Of a DNA stretch of 64,000 nt, positions 1-10,837 are shown one piece after another (position 1 is the stretch's first letter; each line of letters begins with the position of its first letter). The DNA comes from an uncultured Enterobacterales bacterium (lineage in GTDB: Bacteria; Pseudomonadota; Gammaproteobacteria; Enterobacterales; CALYQQ01): the NCBI GenBank assembly GCA_945288535.1, contig CALYQQ010000016.1, forward strand, positions 1,407 to 65,406. The letters run 5' to 3'. The notes under the pieces are model-generated. The model had not been told where the DNA came from. It did no database searches and saw only the letters and a program-made list of their open reading frames with translations. Position numbers and translations under genes: made by a program.

Positions 1-476
1 CGTCCTGTAATGGGCATAAGTTTAATGCGACTGCTGTTATCAGGATCACGACTTAATACTTGATATTCTGTTTGTGCGCTTTTTCCTACATCAAAACAGA
101 CTTTTTGTTTTGGGCGATTAGGCCAGTCACATATTAAGGGTAAATCAATTAAACCTTCATCTGATTCAGGATGCCCCCAAATACGCGCAATATAAACTTT
201 TTTTGTTAGTCGTTCGCGAAATTGACGTTTTAATTCTCGTTCTGCTGCCTTATTAAGTGCAACGACCATAACGCCACTTGTTGCCATATCCAATCTATGA
301 ACAGATTCGGCTTGTGGATAGCGTTGTTGAATACGTGACATAATACTATCATGGTGTTCAGGTAATCTTCCTGGCACAGATAATAAACCGCTTGGTTTAT
401 TAATAACTAGAATATGTTCATCTTGGTATAAGATATAAAGCCAAGGCTCCATAGGGGGATTATAATTTTTTATCAT
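1..476 (-). CDS. rluA: RluA pseudouridine synthase (23S rRNA/tRNA); 3' end runs off the window
   Basis: Not in the ORF track. Manual translation from ATG at 476 gives MIKNYNPPMEPWLYILYQDEHILVINKPSGLLSVPGR...VHRLDMATSG (RluA catalytic HRLD motif); lies directly downstream of rapA. Confidence 0.95.
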   Translation of the reverse strand, partial: MIKNYNPPMEPWLYILYQDEHILVINKPSGLLSVPGRLPEHHDSIMSRIQQRYPQAESVHRLDMATSGVMVVALNKAAERELKRQFRERLTKKVYIARIWGHPESDEGLIDLPLICDWPNRPKQKVCFDVGKSAQTEYQVLSRDPDNSSRIKLMPITG

Positions 477-530
477 AATAGACTCGATTAAGGTAGCATT
501 GCTTTATACAAAGCTACCTTTAGAGAAAAG

Positions 531-3437
531 TTATTGATGTGAAACAACAACCAAGCGTAATGAATCAAGTCGCCAATTGGCTTGTTGCAATGTAGCAAGG
601 ACATCATCACGATGTTTTTGTTGCCACTCGATTTCATCTTCACGAATATTAGGATTAATTAATTTTAATGCCTCTAGACGTGCTAATTCAGCATTGAGAT
701 TATCTTGCGCATACTGCTTGGCCTGATTAATTAGGGATTCAGCTAATTGACAAATTAATTGTTCGCCACTGAGTAACATTGCATGGATGTCAGGTTGTAC
801 AGTATTTACCATTTTACTCGCAATATGACGACTAATCGCTGACAATTGTTGATTAAATGTCTCAAATTTTACTTTATCTGCTAAATTATTACCTTTACGA
901 TCTAATAGCAACCGTATGGGGGTCGAAGGTAAGAAACGATTGAGTTGTAGATCTTTTGGCCCTTGTGCTTCAACAATATAAATTAATTCGAGCAATAATG
1001 TTCCAACAGGTAAAGATTTATTTTTTAATAATGATACGCTGCAGCGACCACTATCACCAGATAAAATAAGATCTAAACCATTACGAATAATAGGATGTTC
1101 CCAGCTTAGGAATTCAATATCTTCACGAGAAAGAGCTATATCACGATCAAATGTCACTAGACAACCTTCTTGCGGTAATCCAGGAAAATCTGGTATAAGC
1201 ATATGATCAGACGGGGTTAAAATAAGAATATTATGACTATGATCTTCCTGATTAATACCAATTATATCGAATAAATTAATGGCAAAATTGATAAGTTCGG
1301 GGTTGCCATCTTGATTAGCAATCGTGTTGGCTAACTGTTGCGCCTGCTCGCCCCCATTAGAATAAATTTCTAATAAACGATCACGTCCTGCATCAAGTTG
1401 TTTTTTAAGATCTAAATGCAATTGATGTGTATGTTGAATAAATTCATCAATACCGTCAGATTCAGTAGGATTAGCTAAATAATTTATTAATTGTGGGTTT
1501 AGTTGATCATAAATAGCGCGTCCCGTCGGGCATGTATTTTCAAATGCATCTAATCCTTCATGATACCAACGAAGCAAAATAGCTTGTGTGCTCTCTTCAA
1601 TATAGGGAACAAATAACTGAATATCATGCTGTTGTCCAATTCTATCAAGACGGCCAATACGTTGCTCTAATAAGTCAGGATTGAATGGCAAATCGAACAT
1701 AACAAGGTGATGAGCAAATTGGAAATTACGCCCTTCTGAACCAATTTCAGAACATAATAGAACTTGTGCACCTTCCTCTTGATTTGCAAACCAGGCTGCG
1801 GCTTTATCTCGTTCGAGTAAAGTCATACCTTCATGAAACATGGCACACAAAATAGCTTCACGTTCACGTAGGTGACTTTCTAAACTGAGTGTGGTTGAGG
1901 CTTGCGAACAAATAACCAGAATTTTTTTATCACGATGTTGTTTTATATACTCAATTAACCAAGTTACACGTGGATCAAATACCATCCAGTTTGCTTCTTT
2001 ACCTTCTAGATCTTGATAGATCTTTTCAGGATAAAGGATATTTTGTGCCCGTTGTTCAGCATTAAGCCTACTATTTAGAATTAAATTAACCTTTAATGCT
2101 GTTTTATATTGTTCAGGCATCGTTAATTTAATTTTGTGCAAGTGCCGTTGCGGGAAGCCTTTTACCCCTTGCCGGCTATTACGAAAAAGAACACGACTAG
2201 TTCCATGACGATCCATTAATAACGAAATTAATTGTTGACGCGCATTAGATGCTTTTTCGTCATTACTATTAGCTAATTGAAGCAATGGATTAATGTCTTG
2301 ATCGTTAATCATATTACTTAATAATGTAAGTGCGGTATTATCAAGCTTTTCACCCGACAGTAATATTGTTACGGCATCGGCGATAGGGCGGTATTGTTGT
2401 TGTTCATTAATAAATTCTTGATAATCATGAAAGCGATCAGGATCAAGTAAGCGCAAGCGAGCAAAATGACTCTCTTGACCTAATTGTTCAGGAGTTGCTG
2501 TAAGCAATAAGACTGATGGTACGCATTCAGCCAACTGTTCAATTGCACGGTAAGCTCGACTTGATTCTGTTTCACTCCATTGCAAATGATGCGCTTCATC
2601 AACGACGATCATATCCCATTGGGCGTCACAGAGTAGTTCAAGCCGTTGTCTGTTACGATAAACAAAATTTAAAGAACAAATAATTAACTGTTCTGTTTCA
2701 AATGGGTTATCGCTATCAAGGATTGTCTCAGCATAACGTTCATCATCAAAGAGTGAAAAGTGAAGATTAAACTTCCGCAGCATTTCAACTAACCATTGAT
2801 GTTGTAATGTTTCAGGGACAATAATAAGTATTCTGCTAGCACTTCCTGTTAGTAATTGTTTATGAATGATCATACCGGCTTCGATTGTTTTACCGAGGCC
2901 AACTTCGTCTGCTAACAAAACACGTGGCGCATAGCGATTAGCTACATCTTGTGCGATATGTAATTGGTGGGGAATAAGGCTTGCACGAATACCACGTAAT
3001 CCACTCCAAGGCATTTTTAGTTGTTCACTTTGGTATTTCCATGCTCGATAACGCAAAGCAAAACGATCCATTCGATCGATTAAACCAGCAAACAACCGAT
3101 CTTGTGGACGGGTAAAGCTGATATTGGCGTCAAGACGAATTTCTGGTAGAATAACGCCATCTTCATTGGTATCACAGCGTTGTCCTATATAATTAAGTAA
3201 TCCTTCTTTTTCAGCAATTTCTGTAATAAGTAATTGCCAACCCTCATGCGAAGTGATTGTATCACCCGGATTAAACATCACGCGTGTCACAGGCGCATCA
3301 TTGCGCGCGTAGAGTCGTGTTTCATTAACCACTGAAAAAAGCAGTGTTACTGTTCGATGATCTAGTGCGACAACAGTACCTAAACCTAAATTGTTTTCTG
3401 TATCGCTAATCCAACGTTGTCCAAGAGCAAATGGCAT
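531..3437 (-). CDS. rapA: RNA polymerase-associated SWI2/SNF2 ATPase RapA (HepA)
   Basis: 968 aa, N-terminus [14 protein letters not shown], motifs [14 protein letters not shown] and [11 protein letters not shown]. Confidence 0.98.
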   Translation of the reverse strand: MPFALGQRWISDTENNLGLGTVVALDHRTVTLLFSVVNETRLYARNDAPVTRVMFNPGDTITSHEGWQLLITEIAEKEGLLNYIGQRCDTNEDGVILPEIRLDANISFTRPQDRLFAGLIDRMDRFALRYRAWKYQSEQLKMPWSGLRGIRASLIPHQLHIAQDVANRYAPRVLLADEVGLGKTIEAGMIIHKQLLTGSASRILIIVPETLQHQWLVEMLRKFNLHFSLFDDERYAETILDSDNPFETEQLIICSLNFVYRNRQRLELLCDAQWDMIVVDEAHHLQWSETESSRAYRAIEQLAECVPSVLLLTATPEQLGQESHFARLRLLDPDRFHDYQEFINEQQQYRPIADAVTILLSGEKLDNTALTLLSNMINDQDINPLLQLANSNDEKASNARQQLISLLMDRHGTSRVLFRNSRQGVKGFPQRHLHKIKLTMPEQYKTALKVNLILNSRLNAEQRAQNILYPEKIYQDLEGKEANWMVFDPRVTWLIEYIKQHRDKKILVICSQASTTLSLESHLREREAILCAMFHEGMTLLERDKAAAWFANQEEGAQVLLCSEIGSEGRNFQFAHHLVMFDLPFNPDLLEQRIGRLDRIGQQHDIQLFVPYIEESTQAILLRWYHEGLDAFENTCPTGRAIYDQLNPQLINYLANPTESDGIDEFIQHTHQLHLDLKKQLDAGRDRLLEIYSNGGEQAQQLANTIANQDGNPELINFAINLFDIIGINQEDHSHNILILTPSDHMLIPDFPGLPQEGCLVTFDRDIALSREDIEFLSWEHPIIRNGLDLILSGDSGRCSVSLLKNKSLPVGTLLLELIYIVEAQGPKDLQLNRFLPSTPIRLLLDRKGNNLADKVKFETFNQQLSAISRHIASKMVNTVQPDIHAMLLSGEQLICQLAESLINQAKQYAQDNLNAELARLEALKLINPNIREDEIEWQQKHRDDVLATLQQANWRLDSLRLVVVSHQ

Positions 3438-3765
3438 AATAATATATCAACTTAACTTAAAATTTAAAATGAGTGAAAAAATCGAACTATTTTACTGTAT
3501 ATTGTTAATTAATCTAAAGTAGTGTTAACAAATTTACGTTAATAGAAACCTCTCTATAGGTATATTTTATTGTTTTTTAGCAATAAATAAAAATCACTTC
3601 ACCTAATTAAATGAATAGAAATGTTATTTATCTAGAAAATACAGATGTTTGTCACATTGTGAAACGTAGTCTTTTAGCGTAGGAACTAAGATAATCATGA
3701 CCCATTTTTATCTTAACATGATTAACCATATCTTTTTTCCTTTTAAAATCAATATAAAAGATGAG

Positions 3766-4206
3766 TTAATCAGTTGGTTGTAAACGTAATCCTTCTAATT
3801 CAGCTTCAAATATTTCGATTTTATCTTGTAAATCTAAAAGCGTCATTTTATCTTTTTCTAGTTTAGAAGCGAGTTGTTCAATGTTATTCCCTTCTTTTTG
3901 TAACTCAAAAGATAACTCTGTTTCAGTAAGAGTTAAACTTTCTTGCTTTTGTTCCATCTCTTGTTGAAGATGGGCTAATGTTGTTTCAATATCGCTGATA
4001 ATCTTTCCTGCAGGACAATTATTTTCAAGTTCAGTTAATGCAGATTGTAAGCCTAATGTTCGGTTACTATGATCAAATGAGATAGATTGAGCAATTTTTC
4101 CTTTAAGAATAAAGCGATGTTGGTTACAGCTGTTGATTGTGGCATAAGCTGTAGTTATCATTAGAGAAAAGATTATCAGGCAAATATAGCTCAAACACTG
4201 TTTCAT
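3766..4206 (-). CDS. Secreted coiled-coil protein, DUF1090/YqjC-like
   Basis: Likely start at M16 of the ORF (MKQCLSY..., signal peptide ending TAYA); C...RTLGLQSALTELENNC pattern followed by a coiled coil resembles DUF1090. Confidence 0.6.
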   Translation of the reverse strand: MKQCLSYICLIIFSLMITTAYATINSCNQHRFILKGKIAQSISFDHSNRTLGLQSALTELENNCPAGKIISDIETTLAHLQQEMEQKQESLTLTETELSFELQKEGNNIEQLASKLEKDKMTLLDLQDKIEIFEAELEGLRLQPTD

Positions 4207-4369
4207 ATAAAAGTGACCTAAAAAGTGGTACTTTGAATAAATGAGTATCATTTGAGACGTCCTAATACATTATCAGTAAAATAATAATAGAACGTTATGC
4301 TCACATATCAATATTATTCATGATTATTTTGTGATTCAGTCAGATCACTTTTATTCAATTGTTACATTG

Positions 4370-5017
4370 TTATTTTAACTCACCATCATATGCAAGTTTC
4401 CCATTTTTAATAATTAATGTACGTGATGCAATAGCTAATGCATCTTGACGGTTATGGGAGACCATCAGTAATGTAATTATATGTTCTTGACATATTTGCT
4501 TGACAAGTTGCAACATTTCCTGGCGTAACACGTCATCAAGGGCTGAAAAAGGTTCATCTAATAAAAGAATAGGTTGTTTACGTAATAGACATCTTGCTAA
4601 AGCAACACGTTGCTTTTGTCCGCCAGAAAGTTGAGATGGCATACGGTTTTGTAAATCTAATAAACCCACACGCTCTGCGATTTTATCTCTTTGTTGGCAC
4701 TCTTCTTTGGTTAGTTTTAAGGTTGGATTAATGCCTAAACTAATATTTTGTTCAACTGTAAGATGAGAAAATAAGTTATTTTCTTGAAATAACATCGAGA
4801 TGGGGCGTTTAGCCGGTGGCTGTTGCGTGTAATCAATATGGTTTAATTCGATTGTTCCTTGTTGAGGATAAATAAATCCAGCAATAAGGTTAAGAAGTGT
4901 ACTTTTTCCAGTACCACTTCTGCCAAGAATGGCTATACGTTCTCCTTTTTCTATCATAAAAGAAAAGTGGAAATTTTGAATGCCGTTGGCATAAGTAACA
5001 TTATTTAGTTTTATCAT
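4370..5017 (-). CDS. thiQ: Thiamine ABC transporter ATP-binding subunit
   Basis: Walker A GRSGTGKST, signature LSGGQ, LLLDEPF; last gene of thiBPQ. Confidence 0.96.
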   Translation of the reverse strand: MIKLNNVTYANGIQNFHFSFMIEKGERIAILGRSGTGKSTLLNLIAGFIYPQQGTIELNHIDYTQQPPAKRPISMLFQENNLFSHLTVEQNISLGINPTLKLTKEECQQRDKIAERVGLLDLQNRMPSQLSGGQKQRVALARCLLRKQPILLLDEPFSALDDVLRQEMLQLVKQICQEHIITLLMVSHNRQDALAIASRTLIIKNGKLAYDGELK

Positions 5018-6626
5018 GCTTAATGAATGATTTTTCTATAAAAGTGAAAATGAGTAAACAAAGAAGTAACATAATAAACGCAGATACAGCAGCATTATTA
5101 CTACGATAAGCACTTAATTGACCATATAAATAATAAGGTAAGGTAAAAAAGCTATCGTTACCGAATAAAGTAATCACAGATAAATCACCCATTGATAAAA
5201 CACATGAAAAAGCAAGTGCTTGTCGAATAGGTTGTTGTAATGCAGTGAGCTCTACTAATTTAATTCGACTAAATAACGGTATTGCTAATGATTGGATAAG
5301 ATAATTATAACGTTCATAAATGACATACATAGGGTTTGCGAGTAATTTCATACTATAAGGTAGGGCCATTAATGCATTTATGATAATAAGTAATAGAAAA
5401 GGGGATTTAGGTAATCCCACTGTATTAATAAATAAAATAAAACAACCACTTGTTAATACAATGGTGGGGATAGCTAATATTAATAAACTACAAGAACTTA
5501 ATAGGTTTGATAGTTTTCGATAGCCATCAAAATAGAGTTGGCGACAACTCCATAACAATAAAAATGTTAATAATAATGTTAGTAATCCAGCACTAACAGA
5601 AATAATCAATGACGTACCTATAGCTTGCCATAATAGTTTATCGGTAAAAACAGTCGATAAGGTTGAATTAATCCCATTAACAATAATGGCAATTAATGGC
5701 GGTAATAATAATATTAGTGCAATAATAATACTAAAATAATCAATAAAATATAACCAAAATCCTGTTAATGAAGGACGCCAATGTTGTTCAACTCGTTGTT
5801 CGATAGGTAACCATCGACTAAAACGTTGGCTTATGCTGACGATGATAAGACAAAAAGTCAGTTGTAATAAACTAAGTAAAGCTGCTTGTTTTGGATCAAA
5901 ATCATAGCGCAATGCTTCATAAATTGCTAATTCAAGGGTTGAATTACTGGGGCCACCGCCAAGTGATAATACGACAGTAAAACTCGCAAAACATAGCATA
6001 AAAATAAGCGCGCCTGTTGGTAACACTTGACGTTGTAAGGCAGGCCATTCAATAAATTTAAAACGTTGCCAATGAGTAAAGCCAAGTTGTGCGGCGATTT
6101 TTTGTTGTTCGCTAGGAATGGCTTCAAGGATTTGTAAAAACAAGCGGCAGGCTAAAGGTAAATTGAAGAAAACATGTGCAATTAAAATACCATGCAATCC
6201 ATAAATATTAAACGTATATTGAATACCTAGCCAGTGGCATATCTGCGCTATCCAGCCTTGCTGGCCATATAGCGTTAATAAACCAAATATAGCGATCAGT
6301 ACAGGTAACACAAGTGTCATATTACATAAACGTAATAAAAATGCTTTACCAATAAAGTCATGATGATACAACGCTAATGCCACAAAAATTGCGGGAAGTA
6401 TTGAACAACATACAGATAAGATGGCCTGTAAAAAGGTAAATCTAATGACACGCCATAGATAGGGATCAGCGAAGAAGTCATACAACCATCTATCAATATT
6501 TACTTCTGGCGAAGAAAATATAATTAATGTGGTCAATGATACTATTGCCAACCCTATGCAGAATAACGCAACTACGATCCCTGGCCAAACAGCCAAAAAA
6601 CGAACTAATGAGCTGCGTTTTGCCAT
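5001..6626 (-). CDS. thiP: Thiamine ABC transporter permease
   Basis: 541 aa double permease, AHVFFNLPLA and LGGGP motifs; operon context. Confidence 0.95.
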   Translation of the reverse strand: MAKRSSLVRFLAVWPGIVVALFCIGLAIVSLTTLIIFSSPEVNIDRWLYDFFADPYLWRVIRFTFLQAILSVCCSILPAIFVALALYHHDFIGKAFLLRLCNMTLVLPVLIAIFGLLTLYGQQGWIAQICHWLGIQYTFNIYGLHGILIAHVFFNLPLACRLFLQILEAIPSEQQKIAAQLGFTHWQRFKFIEWPALQRQVLPTGALIFMLCFASFTVVLSLGGGPSNSTLELAIYEALRYDFDPKQAALLSLLQLTFCLIIVSISQRFSRWLPIEQRVEQHWRPSLTGFWLYFIDYFSIIIALILLLPPLIAIIVNGINSTLSTVFTDKLLWQAIGTSLIISVSAGLLTLLLTFLLLWSCRQLYFDGYRKLSNLLSSCSLLILAIPTIVLTSGCFILFINTVGLPKSPFLLLIIINALMALPYSMKLLANPMYVIYERYNYLIQSLAIPLFSRIKLVELTALQQPIRQALAFSCVLSMGDLSVITLFGNDSFFTLPYYLYGQLSAYRSNNAAVSAFIMLLLCLLIFTFIEKSFIKHDKTK

Positions 6627-7585
6627 ACTTTAATCCAATTACGTCGTTGTTGAGCAATTTTTTCTGAACTAAATTCAAGCGGTGTATCTACCCTAATGAG
6701 TTGATTGAATTGTATTGGCAATGACACATCAATGACGGGATACATCCAATTTTTGGTAGCGATATGGCGTTGAAACTCAGGTGTTAACATGAAACGAATA
6801 AATTGATCAGCAAGTTTAGGTTGTTGACTCGATTTTACAATGCCCGCAGTTTCGATTTGCAAATAATGGCCTTCATTAAATTTTGCAGCCTGGTAACGAT
6901 CATCCTTTTCATCGATTAAATGGTAAGCTGGCGAGGTCGTATAACTTAATACGAGATCAGCTTCTCCTTTTAAAAACAGGCCGTAAGCTTCACTCCAACC
7001 TTTTGTTACAGTAACAGTATGTTTTGCTAATGTTTGCCATGCTAATGAACTTTGTGTGCCGTAGATTTTTTCTATCCACAATAATAGACCAAGTCCAACA
7101 GAACTAGTACGCGGATCTTGATAAATAATTTTTAGTTTTTGATTCTCTACCATATCTTTCATACTGGTAGGTGGGGAGGTTAAATTTTCTTTATTATAAA
7201 TAAAAGAAAAATAACCATAATCGTAAGGAACAAAATAGGGATTTTCCCATTTTTTAGGCAAGGTTAAGGCTGAAAGATCACTATGATGTTCACGGAATAA
7301 GTTGGTTTTTTGTGCAGTTGCTAGCAAATTATTATCTAAGCCCAAAATAATATCCGCTTTAGTTCTTGTACCTTCAATTCTAAGTCGATTTAGTAGTGTT
7401 GCACCATCCTCTATACCTAGAATATTGACATTACATTGGCATTGTTGTTCGAAGCTCTTTTTGATTGCAGGGCCAGGTCCCCAGTCAGCAGCAAACGAAC
7501 TTGTTGTATAAATAGTAAGTACTGGTTTTGCTGTCAGTGTATGACTAATAAAAAGTAATAATATTAATAAGATATGTTTGAACAC
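6605..7585 (-). CDS. thiB: Thiamine ABC transporter periplasmic binding protein
   Basis: SFAADWGPGP, YQDPRTSS and KGWSEAY motifs; likely GTG start at 7585 after a GAGGT Shine-Dalgarno. Confidence 0.96.
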   Translation of the reverse strand: MFKHILLILLLFISHTLTAKPVLTIYTTSSFAADWGPGPAIKKSFEQQCQCNVNILGIEDGATLLNRLRIEGTRTKADIILGLDNNLLATAQKTNLFREHHSDLSALTLPKKWENPYFVPYDYGYFSFIYNKENLTSPPTSMKDMVENQKLKIIYQDPRTSSVGLGLLLWIEKIYGTQSSLAWQTLAKHTVTVTKGWSEAYGLFLKGEADLVLSYTTSPAYHLIDEKDDRYQAAKFNEGHYLQIETAGIVKSSQQPKLADQFIRFMLTPEFQRHIATKNWMYPVIDVSLPIQFNQLIRVDTPLEFSSEKIAQQRRNWIKVWQNAAH

Positions 7586-7687
7586 ATTGAACCTCAAATT
7601 AATCGAGGCAAAGGAACTTTGAAGAATTATTCAGATAGCTACTAATAAAATAAAAGCTTCATTAGTCTATCTAAGTACAAATATACA

Positions 7688-7793
7688 CTCTCAAATCCCT
7701 TCGCAGGTATTAGCCGGATCAGGTTCGACGGGTATTGTTATCAGTACATCGTTGATAACAATTCTCAGCATATAATGGCACCCCGTTGAGAAC
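7688..7793 (-). ncRNA. TPP riboswitch upstream of thiB
   Basis: Minus strand reads ...CTCAACGGGGTGC...GCTGAGA...ATACCCGTCGAACCTGATCCGGCTAATACCTGCGAAGGGATTTGAG, containing the canonical THI-box elements. Confidence 0.96.
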
Positions 7794-8067
7794 AATAATA
7801 TTGTAATATTTCTATCGGTTCAGGAAAAGATATTTATACAATATGTTAAATAATATGAATTTTTAGTTTAAATAGGCGATAAAATATGGCATCAATTTAA
7901 AATAACAAAAAAATATTGATAATGGTTTTCGTCATTATTTTTATAATGATGTAGCGTTGTATATAAGATATAGGAAGTATCTTTTTTTATTACTATTATA
8001 ATATAACAATATAAAATATAAGGTATATTTTTATTACATTAACTTTGTGTTCTGACAATGGATCACT

Positions 8068-9246
8068 ATGAATATATTCAAAACCGCAAAAAGAAGCATT
8101 AATATTGTTTTTCTAATCTTTTTATTTGTTACCTTTTTAGTTGGTATTGCAAGTGCATTACAATCACCAACACTGAGTAGATTCTTAACAAATGAAGTTC
8201 ATCAAACGCCTTTCTATGTCGGTTTGTTTTATGCCATCAATGCATTAGTTGCATGTTGTGTTAGTTTTATAATGGCATTGTATTCAGATAGAAAAGGAGA
8301 TCGACGATATTTAATTTTATTTTGTTGCATTATGTCTGTGGCAAATGCCATTTTGTTTGCTTACGTTCGTCATTATATAGTGTTGATCTCGTTGGGAGTA
8401 TTATTAGCTGCCTTTACTAGCTGTATTATGCCTCAATTGTTTGCATTAGCGCGTGAATATGCAGATAATTCGGCTAAAAATGTAGTCATTTTCAGTTCTA
8501 TTATGCGAGCGCAATTATCTCTTGCTTGGGTTATTGGTCCACCGGTATCTTTTTATCTTGCGAGTCATTTCGGCTTTAAAATTATGTATTTAACAGCGGC
8601 AGGTGTATTTATCTTTTCTTTAGTCATGATAAAGTTCTTTTTACCCTCTCAGCCCCGAACCGATGTAACTACCATTAAAGCAGGATCTTCACTGGCAAGT
8701 CTTACAGATAAAAATATAATGTTGCTATTTGTCTCTTCAGTACTAATGTGGAGTTGTAATATGATGTATCTTATTGATATGCCAATTTATACTGTACATG
8801 AACTTGGATTAGATGAAGATTTAGCTGGATATTTAATGGGAATTGCGGCTGGTTTAGAAATACCCATTATGATTTTGGCTGGCTTCTTGATTAAAAAAAT
8901 TAGTAAATGGGCGATGATGATTTTTGCAATTACCATGGGCTGTTGCTTTTATATAGGTCTATTTTTGTTTCATTCAACGCTAGCACTTGTATTACTGCAA
9001 TTATTTAATGCAGCTTTTATTGGTATTATTGCTGGGATTGGCATGTTGTATTTTCAAGATCTTTTGCCAAATCGTCCAGGAGAAGCTACAACTTTATTTA
9101 CTAATAGTACATCTATCAGTGTTATTTTAGCGGGTATGATGCAAGGATGTTTAGCTAATTATGTGGAACATCATTTTGTTTATTTATTTGCATTAGTCTT
9201 TAATGTTATTTCATTGATATTATTTTTGTTTGTCCGTAAGGTATAG
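8068..9246 (+). CDS. setA: MFS sugar efflux transporter (SET family)
   Basis: 392 aa; MPQLFALAREYAD, MRAQLSLAWVIGPP, AAGLEIP, YFQDLLP.RPG.ATTLFTN; syntenic between thiB and leuD. Confidence 0.9.
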   Translation: MNIFKTAKRSINIVFLIFLFVTFLVGIASALQSPTLSRFLTNEVHQTPFYVGLFYAINALVACCVSFIMALYSDRKGDRRYLILFCCIMSVANAILFAYVRHYIVLISLGVLLAAFTSCIMPQLFALAREYADNSAKNVVIFSSIMRAQLSLAWVIGPPVSFYLASHFGFKIMYLTAAGVFIFSLVMIKFFLPSQPRTDVTTIKAGSSLASLTDKNIMLLFVSSVLMWSCNMMYLIDMPIYTVHELGLDEDLAGYLMGIAAGLEIPIMILAGFLIKKISKWAMMIFAITMGCCFYIGLFLFHSTLALVLLQLFNAAFIGIIAGIGMLYFQDLLPNRPGEATTLFTNSTSISVILAGMMQGCLANYVEHHFVYLFALVFNVISLILFLFVRKV

Positions 9247-9393
9247 GTTGTAATGAGGATCTAGATTAAAGCGTTATCTACTCTTTTTTGGATAATTTTG
9301 TTAGGGTAATGTTAAGTTAATTTTCGTAATCCGATAAAAGAATAGCTCAGGTTGGCTATATCGCTACGATTTAACACAAAAAGGAGTAACATA

Positions 9394-10146
9394 ATGAATG
9401 TTTTTGTGACCGGTGCTTCTGCCGGATTTGGTAAGGCAATTGTAAAAAAATTTATAGAAAATGAGCATAATGTTATTGGTGTCGCTCGAAGAATTGAGCG
9501 ACTGACTATGTTAAAAAAAGAATTTGGGGCACATTTTCATCCGATTCAATTAGATATTTGCGATCGATTTGCTGTACAGGCTGCAATTCAATCACTTCCT
9601 GCAGAATTTAGTGATGTAGAGGTATTAGTAAATAATGCTGGTTTAGCCTTAGGCCTTGAACCTGCTCAAGAGGCTAATTTTAACGATTGGCAAATGATGA
9701 TTGACACAAATATTACAGGACTAGTTTCGGTAACTCATACTATTTTACCTGGGATGGTGAAAAGGAAAAATGGGCACATTATTAATTTAGGATCAATTGC
9801 AGGCACTTATCCATACCCAGGTGGGAATGTTTATGGTGCAACTAAAGCATTTGTTAAGCAATTTAGTCTTAATTTACGTTCTGATTTAGCTGGCACGCGT
9901 GTTAGAGTCACAGATATTGAACCTGGTTTATGTGGTGGCACTGAATTTTCGACTGTACGCTTTAAAGGTGATCAAGCCAAAGCGGCAAGCGTGTATAAAA
10001 ATACCCAACCACTGTTACCCAATGATATTGCAGAAATTGTTTTTTGGATCGCTATGCAACCTAAGCATATTAATATAAATCGTATTGAGCTGATGCCCGT
10101 ATCTCAATCTTTTTCAGCATTAGCGGTGACTCGTGATCATCATTAA
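9394..10146 (+). CDS. ydfG: NADP-dependent 3-hydroxy acid dehydrogenase (SDR, YdfG family)
   Basis: TGASAGFG, NNAGLALGLEPA, YGATK, IEPGLCGGTEFS; AAGGAG Shine-Dalgarno before ATG 9394. Confidence 0.88.
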   Translation: MNVFVTGASAGFGKAIVKKFIENEHNVIGVARRIERLTMLKKEFGAHFHPIQLDICDRFAVQAAIQSLPAEFSDVEVLVNNAGLALGLEPAQEANFNDWQMMIDTNITGLVSVTHTILPGMVKRKNGHIINLGSIAGTYPYPGGNVYGATKAFVKQFSLNLRSDLAGTRVRVTDIEPGLCGGTEFSTVRFKGDQAKAASVYKNTQPLLPNDIAEIVFWIAMQPKHININRIELMPVSQSFSALAVTRDHH

Positions 10147-10163
10147 GTTAGCTTAGCATAAGC

Positions 10164-10189
10164 ATGTAGCATTATTAGTAGTGCTACAT
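10164..10189 (+). terminator. Hairpin after ydfG, probable terminator
   Basis: ATGTAGCA-N10-TGCTACAT 17 nt after the stop codon; weak U tract. Confidence 0.5.
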
Positions 10190-10837
10190 CGTTATAATTA
10201 ATTAGTGATATTCAATAGATAATAGGTTGTTTTTAATTATTATTTTTTGGCATTACAATAAATAGCTTTTTTACCTTGGTGTATTGTTTTTTCATTATTA
10301 CATTTGTTTATATATTGTATTATTATGATCTATAAAATAGTCATACTATTCTTATGAATCTTATTAAATTATTTGCATATTATCTAAATGAAATAGATTA
10401 TATGTTATTTTCATATGATTTAATAATATTATTATTTTAGTAAAAACCGCAATCATTTTTTAAATAATTACTATATTAATTATAATTGACTTTTTTTTTA
10501 ATAATTTTTTATAAATTATATTATCGAATAGGTAAAGTAATTCCTATTCATTATGTTTTTTACTTATTGGTCTATTTCTTTTTATATACGAATAAAGCAA
10601 ATAGTATTATTTTATGCTGTAATTTGGCTTGTTTAAATATACTTGTTTGGTTAGCTATCTTTTAATAATAAGCTGTATAAAATAAAAAAAGATAATTCAT
10701 AATATTATAATATCGTTTATTTATTTTTATAATAACTATAATAATATTGTTACTTATTTAACTATACATTTAAATAAATTAGTCGTTAATTAAAAAATTA
10801 ATAGGTTAAACAATAAGATTTTACGGGGAAATTCATA

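Noticed and set aside
3494-3510. LexA-box-like CTGTATAT upstream of rapA (similar at about 28873)
   Set aside because: Only a half site; the CAG required after N10 is missing.
3507-3522. 16-bp sequence AATTAATCTAAAGTAG also present at 30849-30864
   Set aside because: A single 16-bp match among many kb of very AT-rich intergenic DNA is roughly expected by chance.
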